DNA of 32,000 bases from positions 390,001-422,000 of the forward strand of contig CP076101.2 of the NCBI GenBank assembly GCA_015256915.3, in the 5' to 3' direction. Of the stretch, positions 7,507-17,422 are shown in pieces. The notes under the pieces were generated by a model. The model did not search any database. It was not told the DNA's origin and saw nothing but the letters and a program-made list of their open reading frames with translations. A program made the position numbers and the translations under genes. The DNA is from Candidatus Saccharimonas sp. GTDB lineage: Bacteria > Patescibacteriota > Saccharimonadia > Saccharimonadales > Saccharimonadaceae. Within the stretch, counting starts at the first letter, position 1, and every line of letters begins with the position of its first letter.

Positions 7507-8604
7507 ATGAATAATGAAGATTTTGACATTTCAAACTTTTCGAAAGATATTTTTGATGATTTTTCAAAAACAGAAATTAAAGCAAAAAAACAAAAAAATC
7601 GAAAAATTCCAGTTATAATGATTTCTGGTTTTTTAGGATCAGGCAAAACCACACTTTTAAACCACATTTTAAAATCAAGCCCAAACCTAAAAATTGGTGC
7701 AATTGTGAATGATTTTGGCATAATAAATATTGACAGTAAATTAATTTCTAATGGGATCAATGAGCAAAAAATTGAGCTTAGTAATGGCTGTATTTGCTGT
7801 ATGATTGGCGATAACGGATTAAGCGAACCACTTTCGAAATTAGCAAATAAAGATTCGCAACTTGATGCAATCATAATTGAAGCTAGTGGAATTGCTGAAC
7901 CTTACGATTTGCTTAAAACCCTGCAATATTCTGGAAATCAATATTCTTATTTCGGTGGAAATATTTATTTAATTGACGCTCAAAATTTCGAAAATTCCAA
8001 GAAAGATTTTCCAACACATTTTAAAAAATGTCTCAAAGCGAGCGACATTATTGTTTTAAATAAAACCGATTTAATTTCAAAAAATAAAATTCAAGAAATC
8101 CGTAAATTCATTAGAAAATTAAACCCAAATTCACCAATTATTGAAAGTCAAAACTCAAAAATTAATCCTGATTTAATTTTTTCTTGGCAAAAATCCGATC
8201 AAAAGAATAACGAGAAAAATGAAGAACACGAGCATGATCACAAAGACCACATCCACAATCAATTTCAATCTTTAGCCTTCGAAACGGTAAAACCACTAAA
8301 TCCTCAAAAATTCCTAAGTTTTCTTGATAATTTACCTAAAAATCTTTTTCGAATGAAAGGAATTTGCTACTTTGGGATGAAAGGGTACGAGCAGAAATAT
8401 ATAGTTCAGCTAGTTGGCAAAACTATTGATATTTACAGCGAAGATTGGAAAGATGAAACGCCAAAAACTGAACTCGTTCTAATAGGCTCTAAAATTGATA
8501 AAGCTAAAATTCTTGCAAAGTTAAGCGATCTAGAAGATAAAAACCCAGATGAAATCACACCACAAAATATGGTAAATTTCGAAAGATTCTTTTTATCAAA
8601 ATAA
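7507..8604 (+). CDS. COG0523/CobW-family G3E GTPase (putative metallochaperone)
   Basis: 365 aa. Walker A GFLGSGKTTLLNHIL, CxCC motif (NGCICCM), NKTD-type LNKTD, a His-rich insert EEHEHDHKDHIH, and a CobW C-terminal-like domain. Confidence 0.88.
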   Translation: MNNEDFDISNFSKDIFDDFSKTEIKAKKQKNRKIPVIMISGFLGSGKTTLLNHILKSSPNLKIGAIVNDFGIINIDSKLISNGINEQKIELSNGCICCMIGDNGLSEPLSKLANKDSQLDAIIIEASGIAEPYDLLKTLQYSGNQYSYFGGNIYLIDAQNFENSKKDFPTHFKKCLKASDIIVLNKTDLISKNKIQEIRKFIRKLNPNSPIIESQNSKINPDLIFSWQKSDQKNNEKNEEHEHDHKDHIHNQFQSLAFETVKPLNPQKFLSFLDNLPKNLFRMKGICYFGMKGYEQKYIVQLVGKTIDIYSEDWKDETPKTELVLIGSKIDKAKILAKLSDLEDKNPDEITPQNMVNFERFFLSK

Positions 8605-8607
8605 AGT

Positions 8608-8636
8608 AAAACCGACCGTTGAGTATGGTCGGTTTT
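8608..8636. terminator. Bidirectional terminator between convergent COG0523 gene and pepN
   Basis: AAAACCGACC (8608-8617) pairs with GGTCGGTTTT (8627-8636) around a 9-nt loop. A and T tracts are present on both sides. Confidence 0.7.
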
Positions 8637-8640
8637 AAGT

Positions 8641-11172
8641 TTAAATATTTTGTAAAAATTTATCAATAGCAGTTTTGTCTCGTTTAATCAAATCAACTCG
8701 CCCGGCGATTTCTCGCTCGCCCATCTCGATCGCCCTAGTTAAACTTGGGTCGTTTTTTAGGGGCTCAAAAAACTCTTTAAATTCTTGGAGCTGTTTCTCG
8801 GTTCGCAAAATCGCACCTGAATATCGCGGAAAATCATTATAACTTTTATCGCCATCAAATTTTTCCTCAATTAATTTCCAATTTTCACGTAGCCACTTCC
8901 ATGCTAGCTCTCGAGTCTTCAAATTTCGGAGTAAATGAACATACCAGCTTAAGATATCCTGCGTTCGAATTATATCATTCTCAAGCATTTTTTCAAGAAG
9001 TAATTTACCAGTTCGAATATTCTTAGTTGAAGTTAAAGCTACCATAATATCATCTCGATAATCAACATTTGAAGTATTCTTATAATTTTCGAGCATTCTT
9101 TGCACTAATTCTGGAGATTCTTCGAAACGAATCTTTGCAGTTAAAATTAAACTTCGAATTTCCGAATCAATATCTTCCATATTCGGCGAATTTTCGAAAA
9201 TATCTAAAGCGCCTGAGATAGCTTTTTTATTTTCAGCATAAATCATGTGAGCCAAAATTGAGCTACGTTTTTGCGTATCCTCTTCATCTTCGCCAGTTTT
9301 TTTGATAAATCCAAGTTTTTCAAATTCATTTTGAGCTAAATTGCCAACAAATTTTTTCATTTTTTTCGAACTCACAGAATCTTCATCAATAAAAATTTTC
9401 AATTCGCCAATTAAAAGACTAATCATGTCCCAAACCGTTAAAGAAGTTTCTTTATCATAACTCTCTAAAGTTCGCAGCAGCTCAACGCTTGGAATTTCGC
9501 CACCGCGTGAGAGCAAAGAACGCTCCTGAAGAATTTGAAGGCGAGAAATTGTATCTAAATCACCATCTCTAACCTTTTCAAGCAAATTTTCGAAAAGATT
9601 TTGGCTGTAATTTGTAATAAAATGAGCAACATTCCCTTGATTTAGCTGAACAAAATCTGAACTTTTCTTACAAGTTAAATCTTTCGAATCCATAATCTCA
9701 GGCAAATTATTTTGATTTGAGCCAAGTAAAATTGGCCAAATTCGCCCACTATCTTTACCTTCACCAATAAAAAATTGCTTTTGTGATAATTTTAATTCTT
9801 CACCATCTCCTTCAGCTAAAACACTCGGATAGCCACTTTTTAAAAGCCAAGGATTCATAAAATCTGCGACATTTTTACCAGAAGCTTCGCTCAGGCAATC
9901 CCATAAATTCTCGCCAATTGTATTTTGATATTTAAACTTATCAAAATATCTTTGCAAACCTTTTTGAAATGCATCGTTCCCAACATATCTTCGAAGCATA
10001 TTCATTAAGCGAGCACCCTTTGCATAAACAATTGCACCATCAAAAATAGTGCTAATTTCATCTGGATGATGAACTGGGACATGAACCGCCTGAACACCGT
10101 CAATCGCATCACGGCGCAGACTTAAAACAGCTTCATTAACTGCAAACTCTTCCCAAATTCTCCATTTTGGTTCTAGAGCGTCAGTTGCTAAATATTCCAT
10201 CATCGTTGCGAAAGATTCATTTAGCCAAAGCTCATCCCACCATTTCATTGTTACAAGGTTTCCAAACCATTGGTGTGAAGTTTCATGCGCAATCACTAAC
10301 GCGACATATTTTTTTGAAGATATAGAGGAATTTTTACCAGCGAGCAATGCAGTTTCACGATAGGTAATTAAACCCCAGTTCTCCATCGCACCACTAGAAA
10401 AATCTGGCAAAGCAATGTGGTCGCATTTTGAAAGCGGGAACTTTTGACCAAAAAAATCTTCATAAAATTCTAAAACCCGCACCGCAAAACTAAGTGGAAA
10501 TTCCATTAATTCAGACTTTTGAGCTTTTGTTGCCAGAACTGAAACTTCAACACCACTTTTAGTCTTTTTCGAAACTCGTTGAAAATCGCCCAATACAAAT
10601 GCTAATAAATATGTTGACATTTTTGGTGTTTTAGCAAATCTGACCTGCTGGATATTGCCATTTTCATTTTTTTCGATAATTTCAGTATTCGACAAAACTT
10701 CAAGATCGCTCAAAGCTCTAATCTCTAATGAAAAAGTTACCTTTGCTTCAGGCTCATCAATACACGGAAAAACCTCACGAGCATGATGGCTTTCAAATTG
10801 AGTTGCAAAAAGCTCTTTTTTCTCACCATTTTCTTTATAGTAGCAAGGATATAATCCATGCATCGCATCTGTTATTTTACCAGAAAACTCAATTTTAAGT
10901 TGGATTTTATCACCTTTTTTAAAGTTAAGTTTTTCAATATTCACTAAAATTTCATCATTTTCAGCTTTCGAAAAGTTCAATTTTATGTCGTTAGAAGAAA
11001 TAATATTTTTGATTTCTAAATCTTTCGAATGAAACGTAATTTCTTTTTCATTATTAATCTCGCCAAAAATATCAACAATTCCATTAAATTCACGATTTTT
11101 TACTTGCGTTAAATCAAGCTTTAATTCATAATGTTCGGGCTTAAATTTTTCTACTAATCGATTAACACTCAT
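8641..11172 (-). CDS. pepN: Aminopeptidase N (M1 family zinc metallopeptidase)
   Basis: 843 aa. GAMENWG exopeptidase motif and HETSHQWFGNLVTMKWWDELWLNESFA (HExxH-18-E). AAGGAG SD. The start overlaps the upstream gene by 11 nt. Confidence 0.93.
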   Translation of the reverse strand: MSVNRLVEKFKPEHYELKLDLTQVKNREFNGIVDIFGEINNEKEITFHSKDLEIKNIISSNDIKLNFSKAENDEILVNIEKLNFKKGDKIQLKIEFSGKITDAMHGLYPCYYKENGEKKELFATQFESHHAREVFPCIDEPEAKVTFSLEIRALSDLEVLSNTEIIEKNENGNIQQVRFAKTPKMSTYLLAFVLGDFQRVSKKTKSGVEVSVLATKAQKSELMEFPLSFAVRVLEFYEDFFGQKFPLSKCDHIALPDFSSGAMENWGLITYRETALLAGKNSSISSKKYVALVIAHETSHQWFGNLVTMKWWDELWLNESFATMMEYLATDALEPKWRIWEEFAVNEAVLSLRRDAIDGVQAVHVPVHHPDEISTIFDGAIVYAKGARLMNMLRRYVGNDAFQKGLQRYFDKFKYQNTIGENLWDCLSEASGKNVADFMNPWLLKSGYPSVLAEGDGEELKLSQKQFFIGEGKDSGRIWPILLGSNQNNLPEIMDSKDLTCKKSSDFVQLNQGNVAHFITNYSQNLFENLLEKVRDGDLDTISRLQILQERSLLSRGGEIPSVELLRTLESYDKETSLTVWDMISLLIGELKIFIDEDSVSSKKMKKFVGNLAQNEFEKLGFIKKTGEDEEDTQKRSSILAHMIYAENKKAISGALDIFENSPNMEDIDSEIRSLILTAKIRFEESPELVQRMLENYKNTSNVDYRDDIMVALTSTKNIRTGKLLLEKMLENDIIRTQDILSWYVHLLRNLKTRELAWKWLRENWKLIEEKFDGDKSYNDFPRYSGAILRTEKQLQEFKEFFEPLKNDPSLTRAIEMGEREIAGRVDLIKRDKTAIDKFLQNI

Positions 11173-12922
11173 TTAAAATCCTCTCCTTAAAATCACTTAA
11201 AATATTCTCAATCTTTACACAATCTTGTTTATTTTCGAAACGCCATTGAGCATAAATTTTCATTTTTGGCTCAGTTCCGCTTGGTCGAATTGTAATTCTT
11301 CTATCTTCTGAATCAAAAATAAAACTTACCGCATTTCCATTTTCCAGCATTTTAAAACTATTTTTTTTATTTGTTGAAAAATCTAACTCAGTTAAATTTT
11401 CGAAATCTCGCATCTTTAATGCACCAAAATTTTTATTTCCAATTCGCATTTTTTGCATAATTTCTTGCATTTTTACAAACCCTTCAGCGCCACTAAATTC
11501 AAGAGATTCGGTCTTTTCAACAAAATATCCATTTTCAGCATAAATTTCATCAAGCCTCTCACCCAAAGTTTGATTTTTAAGCTTTAATTCCGATGCAAGC
11601 TCGGCTATCATCAATCCAATTGTTGCAGCATCCTTATCTCTAGTCTGTGAACCAATAAGCCCGCCAAGGCTTTCTTCAAATCCAGCAATAAATTTCTCTC
11701 CAAGCGTTTCTTTTTGTGATATTTTTTTTCCAATAAATTTAAACCCAACCAGCAAATCATCATAAATTTTTACGCCATATTTTTTAGCTAAAACATTTAG
11801 CATATCAGTAGTTACAAAACTTTTGCAAATAAAGTCACGATTCCCGAAATAAAGTTCAGCATATTTATTTCGATCCTTTTGCTTCTTTGAAAGAATATAA
11901 TCAGTCACCAAAATTGCAGTTTGATTGCCTGAAAAACTTCGAACCTCCCCATTTTTTTCAAGACTCATTACACAAATTCGATCAGCATCTGGGTCAGTAG
12001 TTAGGGCAATATCTGCTTGTTCTTTTCTTAATTTTAAAATCACCATTCTATTTGCAGAAAGATTTTCCGGATTAGGTTTCCTATCTTGAAGTGTTGAAAA
12101 ATTACCATCAAAATTTATCTGCTCATCAACAATAATGATATTTTCGAAACCTACAAACTGAAGAGTTTTTAATAAATTAGTCGTTCCAGTTCCGTGAATC
12201 GGTGAAAAAATAATTTTTACATTTCTATTTTTTGATAAAGATAATTTCGCATTAGCCTTGATATAAGAATAGTCATTTTCTTCACCCAAAATTTTAATTT
12301 TACCGTTTTTTACAAATTCATCAAAATTGCCAGTTTTAAATTCTTCAATATTTTTAGCAATTTTCATTAATTTTTTGTCGTGTGGAGCTGAAATTTGTGC
12401 GCCATCATTCCAGTAGATCTTAATTCCATTATCTTCTGGCGGATTATGACTGGCTGAAATCACAATTCCCGCTGAAGTTTTAAGATTTCGAACTGTAAAA
12501 GATAATTCCGGAGTCGAGCGTGGAGTATCAAAATAAAAAACTTCAATATTATTTGCGGCTAAAATTTCAGCACATTTTTTTGAAAGCTCACAAGAGGAAT
12601 TTCGAACATCCCAAGCAATTGCAATACTTGGTGAATTAATATCGAGCGATTTTAAATAATTCGCAAGAGCCTGTGCACTTTCCGAAATTGTAACTAAATT
12701 AATGCGGTTAGAGCCAGCACCAACTTTCCCACGTCGGCCAGCCGTACCAAATTCCAAAATTTTAAAAAATGAGTCCTCAAGCTCATCCCAATTTTCGTTT
12801 TTGATTAAATTCAAAATTTGCGCTTTAAATTCATGATATTTTTCATCTAAAAGCCATTTTTGTAAATTTTCGAAAGCTAACTTCGATAAATTAGATTCGG
12901 CTTTTATTAATTCTTCGCTCAT
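11162..12922 (-). CDS. Phosphoglucomutase/phosphomannomutase-family alpha-D-phosphohexomutase
   Basis: 586 aa. Phosphoserine loop SASHNPPEDNG, Mg loop TDPDADR, sugar loop GFEESLG, phosphate loop RPSGTEPK. AAGGAG SD. Confidence 0.9.
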   Translation of the reverse strand: MSEELIKAESNLSKLAFENLQKWLLDEKYHEFKAQILNLIKNENWDELEDSFFKILEFGTAGRRGKVGAGSNRINLVTISESAQALANYLKSLDINSPSIAIAWDVRNSSCELSKKCAEILAANNIEVFYFDTPRSTPELSFTVRNLKTSAGIVISASHNPPEDNGIKIYWNDGAQISAPHDKKLMKIAKNIEEFKTGNFDEFVKNGKIKILGEENDYSYIKANAKLSLSKNRNVKIIFSPIHGTGTTNLLKTLQFVGFENIIIVDEQINFDGNFSTLQDRKPNPENLSANRMVILKLRKEQADIALTTDPDADRICVMSLEKNGEVRSFSGNQTAILVTDYILSKKQKDRNKYAELYFGNRDFICKSFVTTDMLNVLAKKYGVKIYDDLLVGFKFIGKKISQKETLGEKFIAGFEESLGGLIGSQTRDKDAATIGLMIAELASELKLKNQTLGERLDEIYAENGYFVEKTESLEFSGAEGFVKMQEIMQKMRIGNKNFGALKMRDFENLTELDFSTNKKNSFKMLENGNAVSFIFDSEDRRITIRPSGTEPKMKIYAQWRFENKQDCVKIENILSDFKERILNEC

Positions 12923-12945
12923 TTAATCCAACTCCTTCTGTATCT

Positions 12946-12974
12946 ATTTTATCACTATCTCTCAATAAAATCAA
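12946..12974 (-). promoter_or_regulatory. Putative promoter of the phosphohexomutase-pepN operon
   Basis: TTGATT (12974..12969) - 17 nt - TAAAAT (12951..12946), with a ~20-nt leader carrying AAGGAG. Confidence 0.45.
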
Positions 12975-12979
12975 AGAGC

Positions 12980-13008
12980 TTGCGTTTTTAGAATATTTAT
13001 GTTAAAAT
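12980..13008 (+). promoter_or_regulatory. Putative promoter of the 94-aa membrane protein gene, leaderless configuration
   Basis: TTGCGT (12980-12985) - 17 nt - TAAAAT (13003-13008), then 7 nt before ATG 13016, with no SD. Confidence 0.45.
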
Positions 13009-13015
13009 AATTCCG

Positions 13016-13300
13016 ATGAATAAAATTCTAAAAAAATCTGCAAAAAAACTAGCCGACGACAATGCGCGCGGAGCTCAAATTGGTTTGCTTGAAGAAGTTT
13101 TTAACGATATTTATCCAAGTCGCTGGACGATTTATAAAGTTAATTTCTTTCGCGGAATAGCTTTTGGATTCGGTAGCGCTATTGGTGCAACAGTTCTAAT
13201 CTTCTTGTTAATTTGGATTCTTAACTTTTTTGTTAACATTCCGGGCGGAATTGGTGACTTTATCCAATCTATTATAAATGCGATGCAAAATCGGCGATAA
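13016..13300 (+). CDS. Small hypothetical membrane protein (one to two C-terminal TM segments)
   Basis: 94 aa. Polar N-terminus, then FFRGIAFGFGSAIGATVLIFLLIWILNFFV. Bounded by a promoter and a terminator. The family is not confidently recognised. Confidence 0.55.
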   Translation: MNKILKKSAKKLADDNARGAQIGLLEEVFNDIYPSRWTIYKVNFFRGIAFGFGSAIGATVLIFLLIWILNFFVNIPGGIGDFIQSIINAMQNRR

Positions 13301-13301
13301 T

Positions 13302-13327
13302 AAAACTACTCCATCAGGAGTAGTTTT
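13302..13327. terminator. Bidirectional terminator between the 94-aa gene and the PBP gene
   Basis: AAAACTACTCC (13302-13312) pairs with GGAGTAGTTTT (13317-13327) around the 4-nt loop ATCA. A T-run follows. Confidence 0.75.
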
Positions 13328-13331
13328 ATTT

Positions 13332-16082
13332 TTAGTTTGAAGAACCCGTTGTATTTTCCGTACCTATAGTGGAAGGGCCTGTATAACTTTTGGAAACTTT
13401 ATAACCACCAGAGTCGGTAACTTCAACTGTAATATTTTGACTAGCTTTATTAAACGTATAATCTGTTGAGAGTATATTTCCAGTTGGAAGAGCAGTACTA
13501 ATTGTTGCGCCATCAACCTTAATCACTACCGAAGTTATATCAAAATTCCCCTTTGCAATATTTATATTTATTCGATAAGTATTTGAATTTGCGTGCCTTG
13601 AGTATGAAACACTTGAGATAGATGGCTGTGAATCTGAACAGTTATGGATATTATCTTCTTCGTTTACATCATAACCTTCTGGCGCAGTTATTGTCTTCTT
13701 TTTAGAAACCGGGTCAGTTGTTTCAAAAACAGTTAGTTTAACTCGAGTAGATTCTGGTGTACATTTAGTTGCTTTCTTTTTCGAAATACTATCAAACTCA
13801 ATTTCTCTTGAGACTGAACCAGTTTTATTTTTATCCCACCAAGATGGGCAAATGTCATTCTTACCATTTATTGTACAGTTTCGAATTCCAGATGGTCTTT
13901 CAATTTTATCACCAGATCTCCATTTACCGTTAGAAGCGTAAACTTGATGGTGAACATCGCGCATATATTCATTAATTACTCTACGCACAGGGCTATTATC
14001 AGGAGAGCGCAAAGCCCGACCATCATGATTTCCGCTCCAAACACCTGTTGCAACTACAGGAGAATAACTCATCATCCAGGAGTCCTTGGCAGCACCTTTT
14101 CCGTTATCTGTTGTTCCAGTTTTCGAAGCTGTCCAAACCCCAGGAACCGTAAATCCATAACTTCGACTTTGACCGCCAAATGTAGTTGTTCGAGCACTTG
14201 GATCAGCAAGAATATCGGTCAATTCATATGCGGCCTGCGAATCGATCACCTGTTTTGATTCGTCTTTCCACTCAAAAATCTTTTGATTTGATGAATTTTT
14301 AACTTCGGTAAAATATGTTAATTCTTTATAGACACCACCTCGGGCAATAGATGCAAAAGCGTTTGTGTGCTCATCCTGATGAACCGAACATCCACCACCA
14401 ATTGCAGCAGAAAGACCAGCATTACTATTTTTACAATAAGATTTATCACCAAGCTGTTGTGCGACACTCAAACCTTCATCAACGCCAACAATACTCAATG
14501 CCTTAACCGCTGCGATATTCAAAGAATTTCCAAGACTAAACCTAATTGGTACACTACCGTAAAATTGTTTCGAAGCATTCCTTAGCTGACAAGCTCCATA
14601 TGTTCCATTACAATATTGCGAATCGATATTTTCGTCCTTTAAAATTGTTCCTGGTGTATAAACTGTATCTTTCTTATTAAATAAAGCCGCGTAATCGACA
14701 ATAGGTTTGATACTTGAGCCTGGATCAAGAGATGAAGTTGAAGCATTAGTTTGACCATAGCCAGCTTTATTATAATCAACCGATCCAACTTGAGCAATAA
14801 CTTGCCCAGTTGCAACATCAACAGATGTCATAGCAATATTATCAGCGCCACTAACATATAAAGTTTTAGCACCAGCGTTAACGGCATTTTCAGCAATAGA
14901 CTGAGCCTTTAAATCAACTGTAGTTTTAACAGTTAAACCACCAGCACCAACAACCTTAACACCAAGTTTTTCTTCAAGCTTCTTTTTAACCTCTTGAACA
15001 AAATGTGGTGCCTTAATATTTGTATATTGGTCTTTTTCTGGCTTAATTGTTGCAAGAATATCGAATTCTTTAGCTTCTTTTGCTTCTTTTTCAGTAATAA
15101 ATCCACAAGAAACCATATCATTCAAAACCTTATGCTGGCGCTCAATCAAGCTCTTATTATAACTTATATTATATGGATTATAAACTGCTGGATTATTAGG
15201 GATAGAAGCTAATAATGCGGCCTCAGCCAAAGTTAGATCTTTCGAACTTTTGCCAAAATAAGTTCGTGCACCAGATTCAACTCCGTTTCGACGGCCACCA
15301 TATGGAGATTCATTCAAATATAATGAAAGAATTTGGTCTTTATTATACATTTGTTCAACTTGAACCGCAAGAATCATCTCTTTAATTTTTCGAGGAACTC
15401 CACTGAGTCCACGATCGCTAGATTCATTAGAGAAATAAACCTGTTTAATAAGCTGTTGTGTCAAGGTTGAGCCACCCTGAGTTGCTCCACCCCTAAAGTT
15501 ATTTACAAAAGCACGAATAATCGCAGTTAAATCAACACCCTTATGCTTATAAAAATCTCGGTCTTCAATAGCAACAGTTGCTTTTTTAACATAGTCTGAA
15601 ATCTCAGAATTATCAACAACTAGCTTATAATCACCAGAACCCTTATCCTCCCACAAAAGCTCACCATTTCTATCATAGTATTTCGAAACTGTAGTCTGGA
15701 CTCTCTTAGCTAATTCTTCTGGTTTGATTTGATTTAAATCTTTCGAAACATAGGCGAAAGCTGCTGCGATTCCTACCACAGCGACAACAATAAATACTGC
15801 GGAAATTTTTAAAGCCATAAATAAACCGCGCTTACTAAACCAATACTTTAAAACTCGTTTTGGATGAAGACGATAAAAAAATCTCTTCACTGGGTCTTTC
15901 GGTAGGCTTGCAAGATACTCTGCTCGCTCCCGAGCTTTCGAATCTTTCTTTTCTTTCCTTCGATGAGCTAAATTTGTATATAAACTTAGGTTATTCTGTT
16001 TTTTTAGTGAACTCACTTTTTTAAAAGCAGTTCGTTTTTCAACAGATTTCCCATCTTTATTGAGTATTTTTCTTCTATCCAT
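13332..16082 (-). CDS. Class A penicillin-binding protein (GT51 transglycosylase + transpeptidase) with a ~180-aa C-terminal extension
   Basis: GT51 motifs EDRDFYKHKG, GGSTLTQQL and RKIKE. Transpeptidase motifs SSIKP (SxxK) and SKTGT (KTG). The start is moved to ATG 16082 (MDRRKIL), because the track start at 16121 is TTG and lies inside the -35 box of the promoter. Confidence 0.9.
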   Translation of the reverse strand: MDRRKILNKDGKSVEKRTAFKKVSSLKKQNNLSLYTNLAHRRKEKKDSKARERAEYLASLPKDPVKRFFYRLHPKRVLKYWFSKRGLFMALKISAVFIVVAVVGIAAAFAYVSKDLNQIKPEELAKRVQTTVSKYYDRNGELLWEDKGSGDYKLVVDNSEISDYVKKATVAIEDRDFYKHKGVDLTAIIRAFVNNFRGGATQGGSTLTQQLIKQVYFSNESSDRGLSGVPRKIKEMILAVQVEQMYNKDQILSLYLNESPYGGRRNGVESGARTYFGKSSKDLTLAEAALLASIPNNPAVYNPYNISYNKSLIERQHKVLNDMVSCGFITEKEAKEAKEFDILATIKPEKDQYTNIKAPHFVQEVKKKLEEKLGVKVVGAGGLTVKTTVDLKAQSIAENAVNAGAKTLYVSGADNIAMTSVDVATGQVIAQVGSVDYNKAGYGQTNASTSSLDPGSSIKPIVDYAALFNKKDTVYTPGTILKDENIDSQYCNGTYGACQLRNASKQFYGSVPIRFSLGNSLNIAAVKALSIVGVDEGLSVAQQLGDKSYCKNSNAGLSAAIGGGCSVHQDEHTNAFASIARGGVYKELTYFTEVKNSSNQKIFEWKDESKQVIDSQAAYELTDILADPSARTTTFGGQSRSYGFTVPGVWTASKTGTTDNGKGAAKDSWMMSYSPVVATGVWSGNHDGRALRSPDNSPVRRVINEYMRDVHHQVYASNGKWRSGDKIERPSGIRNCTINGKNDICPSWWDKNKTGSVSREIEFDSISKKKATKCTPESTRVKLTVFETTDPVSKKKTITAPEGYDVNEEDNIHNCSDSQPSISSVSYSRHANSNTYRININIAKGNFDITSVVIKVDGATISTALPTGNILSTDYTFNKASQNITVEVTDSGGYKVSKSYTGPSTIGTENTTGSSN

Positions 16083-16092
16083 ATTACACTCA

Positions 16093-16121
16093 ATTATACC
16101 GCAATTGCTTATGGTTTTCAA
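16093..16121 (-). promoter_or_regulatory. Putative PBP promoter, near-leaderless
   Basis: TTGAAA (16121..16116) - 17 nt - TATAAT (16098..16093), then 10 nt before ATG 16082, with no SD. Confidence 0.5.
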
Positions 16122-16205
16122 GATTTTTTAATTTTTATAATACTGGAAAAAAAGCTTTTTTTGTGTTAATATAGTTAATAATAAAATATAATAATGGGAG
16201 AGTAA

Positions 16206-17414
16206 ATGAAGTTATCAGAGGAGCTAAAATGGCGTGGTTTCTGGAATCAAACCACTTTTCAAGATTCAAAAGTTTTAGATGGTGAAAAGCGAACCATCTA
16301 TCTTGGCGCCGACCCTTCCGCTGACAGCCTTCATATTGGTCATTTAAGTGTTTATATGATGGTTAGGCGATTTCTTGATCATGGTCATAAAGTAGTTCTT
16401 CTGATTGGTGGTGGTACTGGAATGATTGGTGATATGCGCGACACTGAAGAGCGTCAACTCCTCTCGCCTGAAATAGTAGCTAAAAATACCGAGGCTCTCA
16501 AATCTCAAGTTTCGAAACTTTTTGCTGGGCAAGATTTTGAAGTTGTAAATAATGCGGATTGGCTTTCAAAAATAGAGTTAATACCTTTTTTACGTGATAT
16601 TGGTAAAAACTTTAATATGGCGGAACTAATAAGCCGAGATTTTTTCAAAAGTAGAATAAATAATGGTAGTGGATTAAGTTTTGCAGAATTTACATATACT
16701 CTTCTCCAAGGTTATGATTTTTGGTATTTATACAAAAATAACGGCGTTTCACTTCAAATTGGAGGAAGTGATCAGTGGGGAAATTTACTTTCTGGTGTAA
16801 ATTTAATTCGAAAGAAAGAAGGCGCTGAAGTTTTTGCAATGACAGCCCCTCTCCTTATTAATCGTTCAACTGGCCGAAAATTTGGTAAGTCAGAAGGCGG
16901 AGCTTTATGGCTCGATGCTTCAAAAACATCACCATTCAAAATGTATCAATTCCTTCTTAACTCAGATGATCAAAGCGTTTTCGAATATCTAAAAATTCTA
17001 ACAACGCTTTCAAAAGAAGAAATTGAAACAATTGAAAAAAATCATCAGGAAAATCAGCACTTACGAATTGCTCAAAAAGCATTGGCAAAAAATGTCGTAG
17101 AAATTGTTCATGGAGAAGAAGTTGCAAAAAATGTAATTTCTGCAACAGAAGTCCTCTTTGGCGGAAAAGCTTTCGAAAATCTAACTAAAGCTGAAATCGA
17201 AGTATTAAAATATGAAATTCCTGTTGCTCCAAAAGATAAAACTGTTAGCGAAATATTAATTGAAACGAATCTTGCTAAAAGCAAAGGTGAGGCCAAAAGG
17301 TTGATTTCAGCAAATTCAATTTCATTTAACGGTAATAAACTCAAAGAGGATATTCAAATAACTGAAAAAGGTCTACTTAAAAAAGGCAAAAATAGTTTTA
17401 TACTAATTGATTAA
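16206..17414 (+). CDS. tyrS: Tyrosine--tRNA ligase
   Basis: 402 aa. HIGH motif (SLHIGHL), KMSKS-equivalent KFGKS, GGSDQWGN, and a C-terminal S4-like domain. GGGAG SD. Confidence 0.93.
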   Translation: MKLSEELKWRGFWNQTTFQDSKVLDGEKRTIYLGADPSADSLHIGHLSVYMMVRRFLDHGHKVVLLIGGGTGMIGDMRDTEERQLLSPEIVAKNTEALKSQVSKLFAGQDFEVVNNADWLSKIELIPFLRDIGKNFNMAELISRDFFKSRINNGSGLSFAEFTYTLLQGYDFWYLYKNNGVSLQIGGSDQWGNLLSGVNLIRKKEGAEVFAMTAPLLINRSTGRKFGKSEGGALWLDASKTSPFKMYQFLLNSDDQSVFEYLKILTTLSKEEIETIEKNHQENQHLRIAQKALAKNVVEIVHGEEVAKNVISATEVLFGGKAFENLTKAEIEVLKYEIPVAPKDKTVSEILIETNLAKSKGEAKRLISANSISFNGNKLKEDIQITEKGLLKKGKNSFILID

Positions 17415-17422
17415 TAAAATAA

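Noticed and set aside
7494-7874. 126-aa minus-strand ORF overlapping the COG0523 gene start
   Set aside because: It is antisense to a gene with clear Walker A and CxCC motifs, its product is low-complexity (Ser/Phe/Ile-rich), and its 5' end would lie inside COG0523 coding sequence with no promoter or SD.
13944-15212. Several 60-104-aa ORFs on either strand inside the PBP gene (and similar ones inside recG, rnj, gatB, uvrB, gap and rel)
   Set aside because: All are embedded in strongly supported long CDSs, and none has an SD or promoter. They are typical shadow ORFs.
16083-16121. TTG start of the PBP ORF at 16121
   Set aside because: The TTG is part of the -35 hexamer TTGAAA of a TTGAAA-17-TATAAT promoter, so ATG 16082 is the first start downstream of the predicted TSS.
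16122-16205. T-box riboswitch upstream of tyrS
   Set aside because: The intergenic region is only 84 bp and is occupied by divergent promoter elements. There is no room for a ~200-nt T-box leader, and I saw no T-box sequence or terminator/antiterminator.
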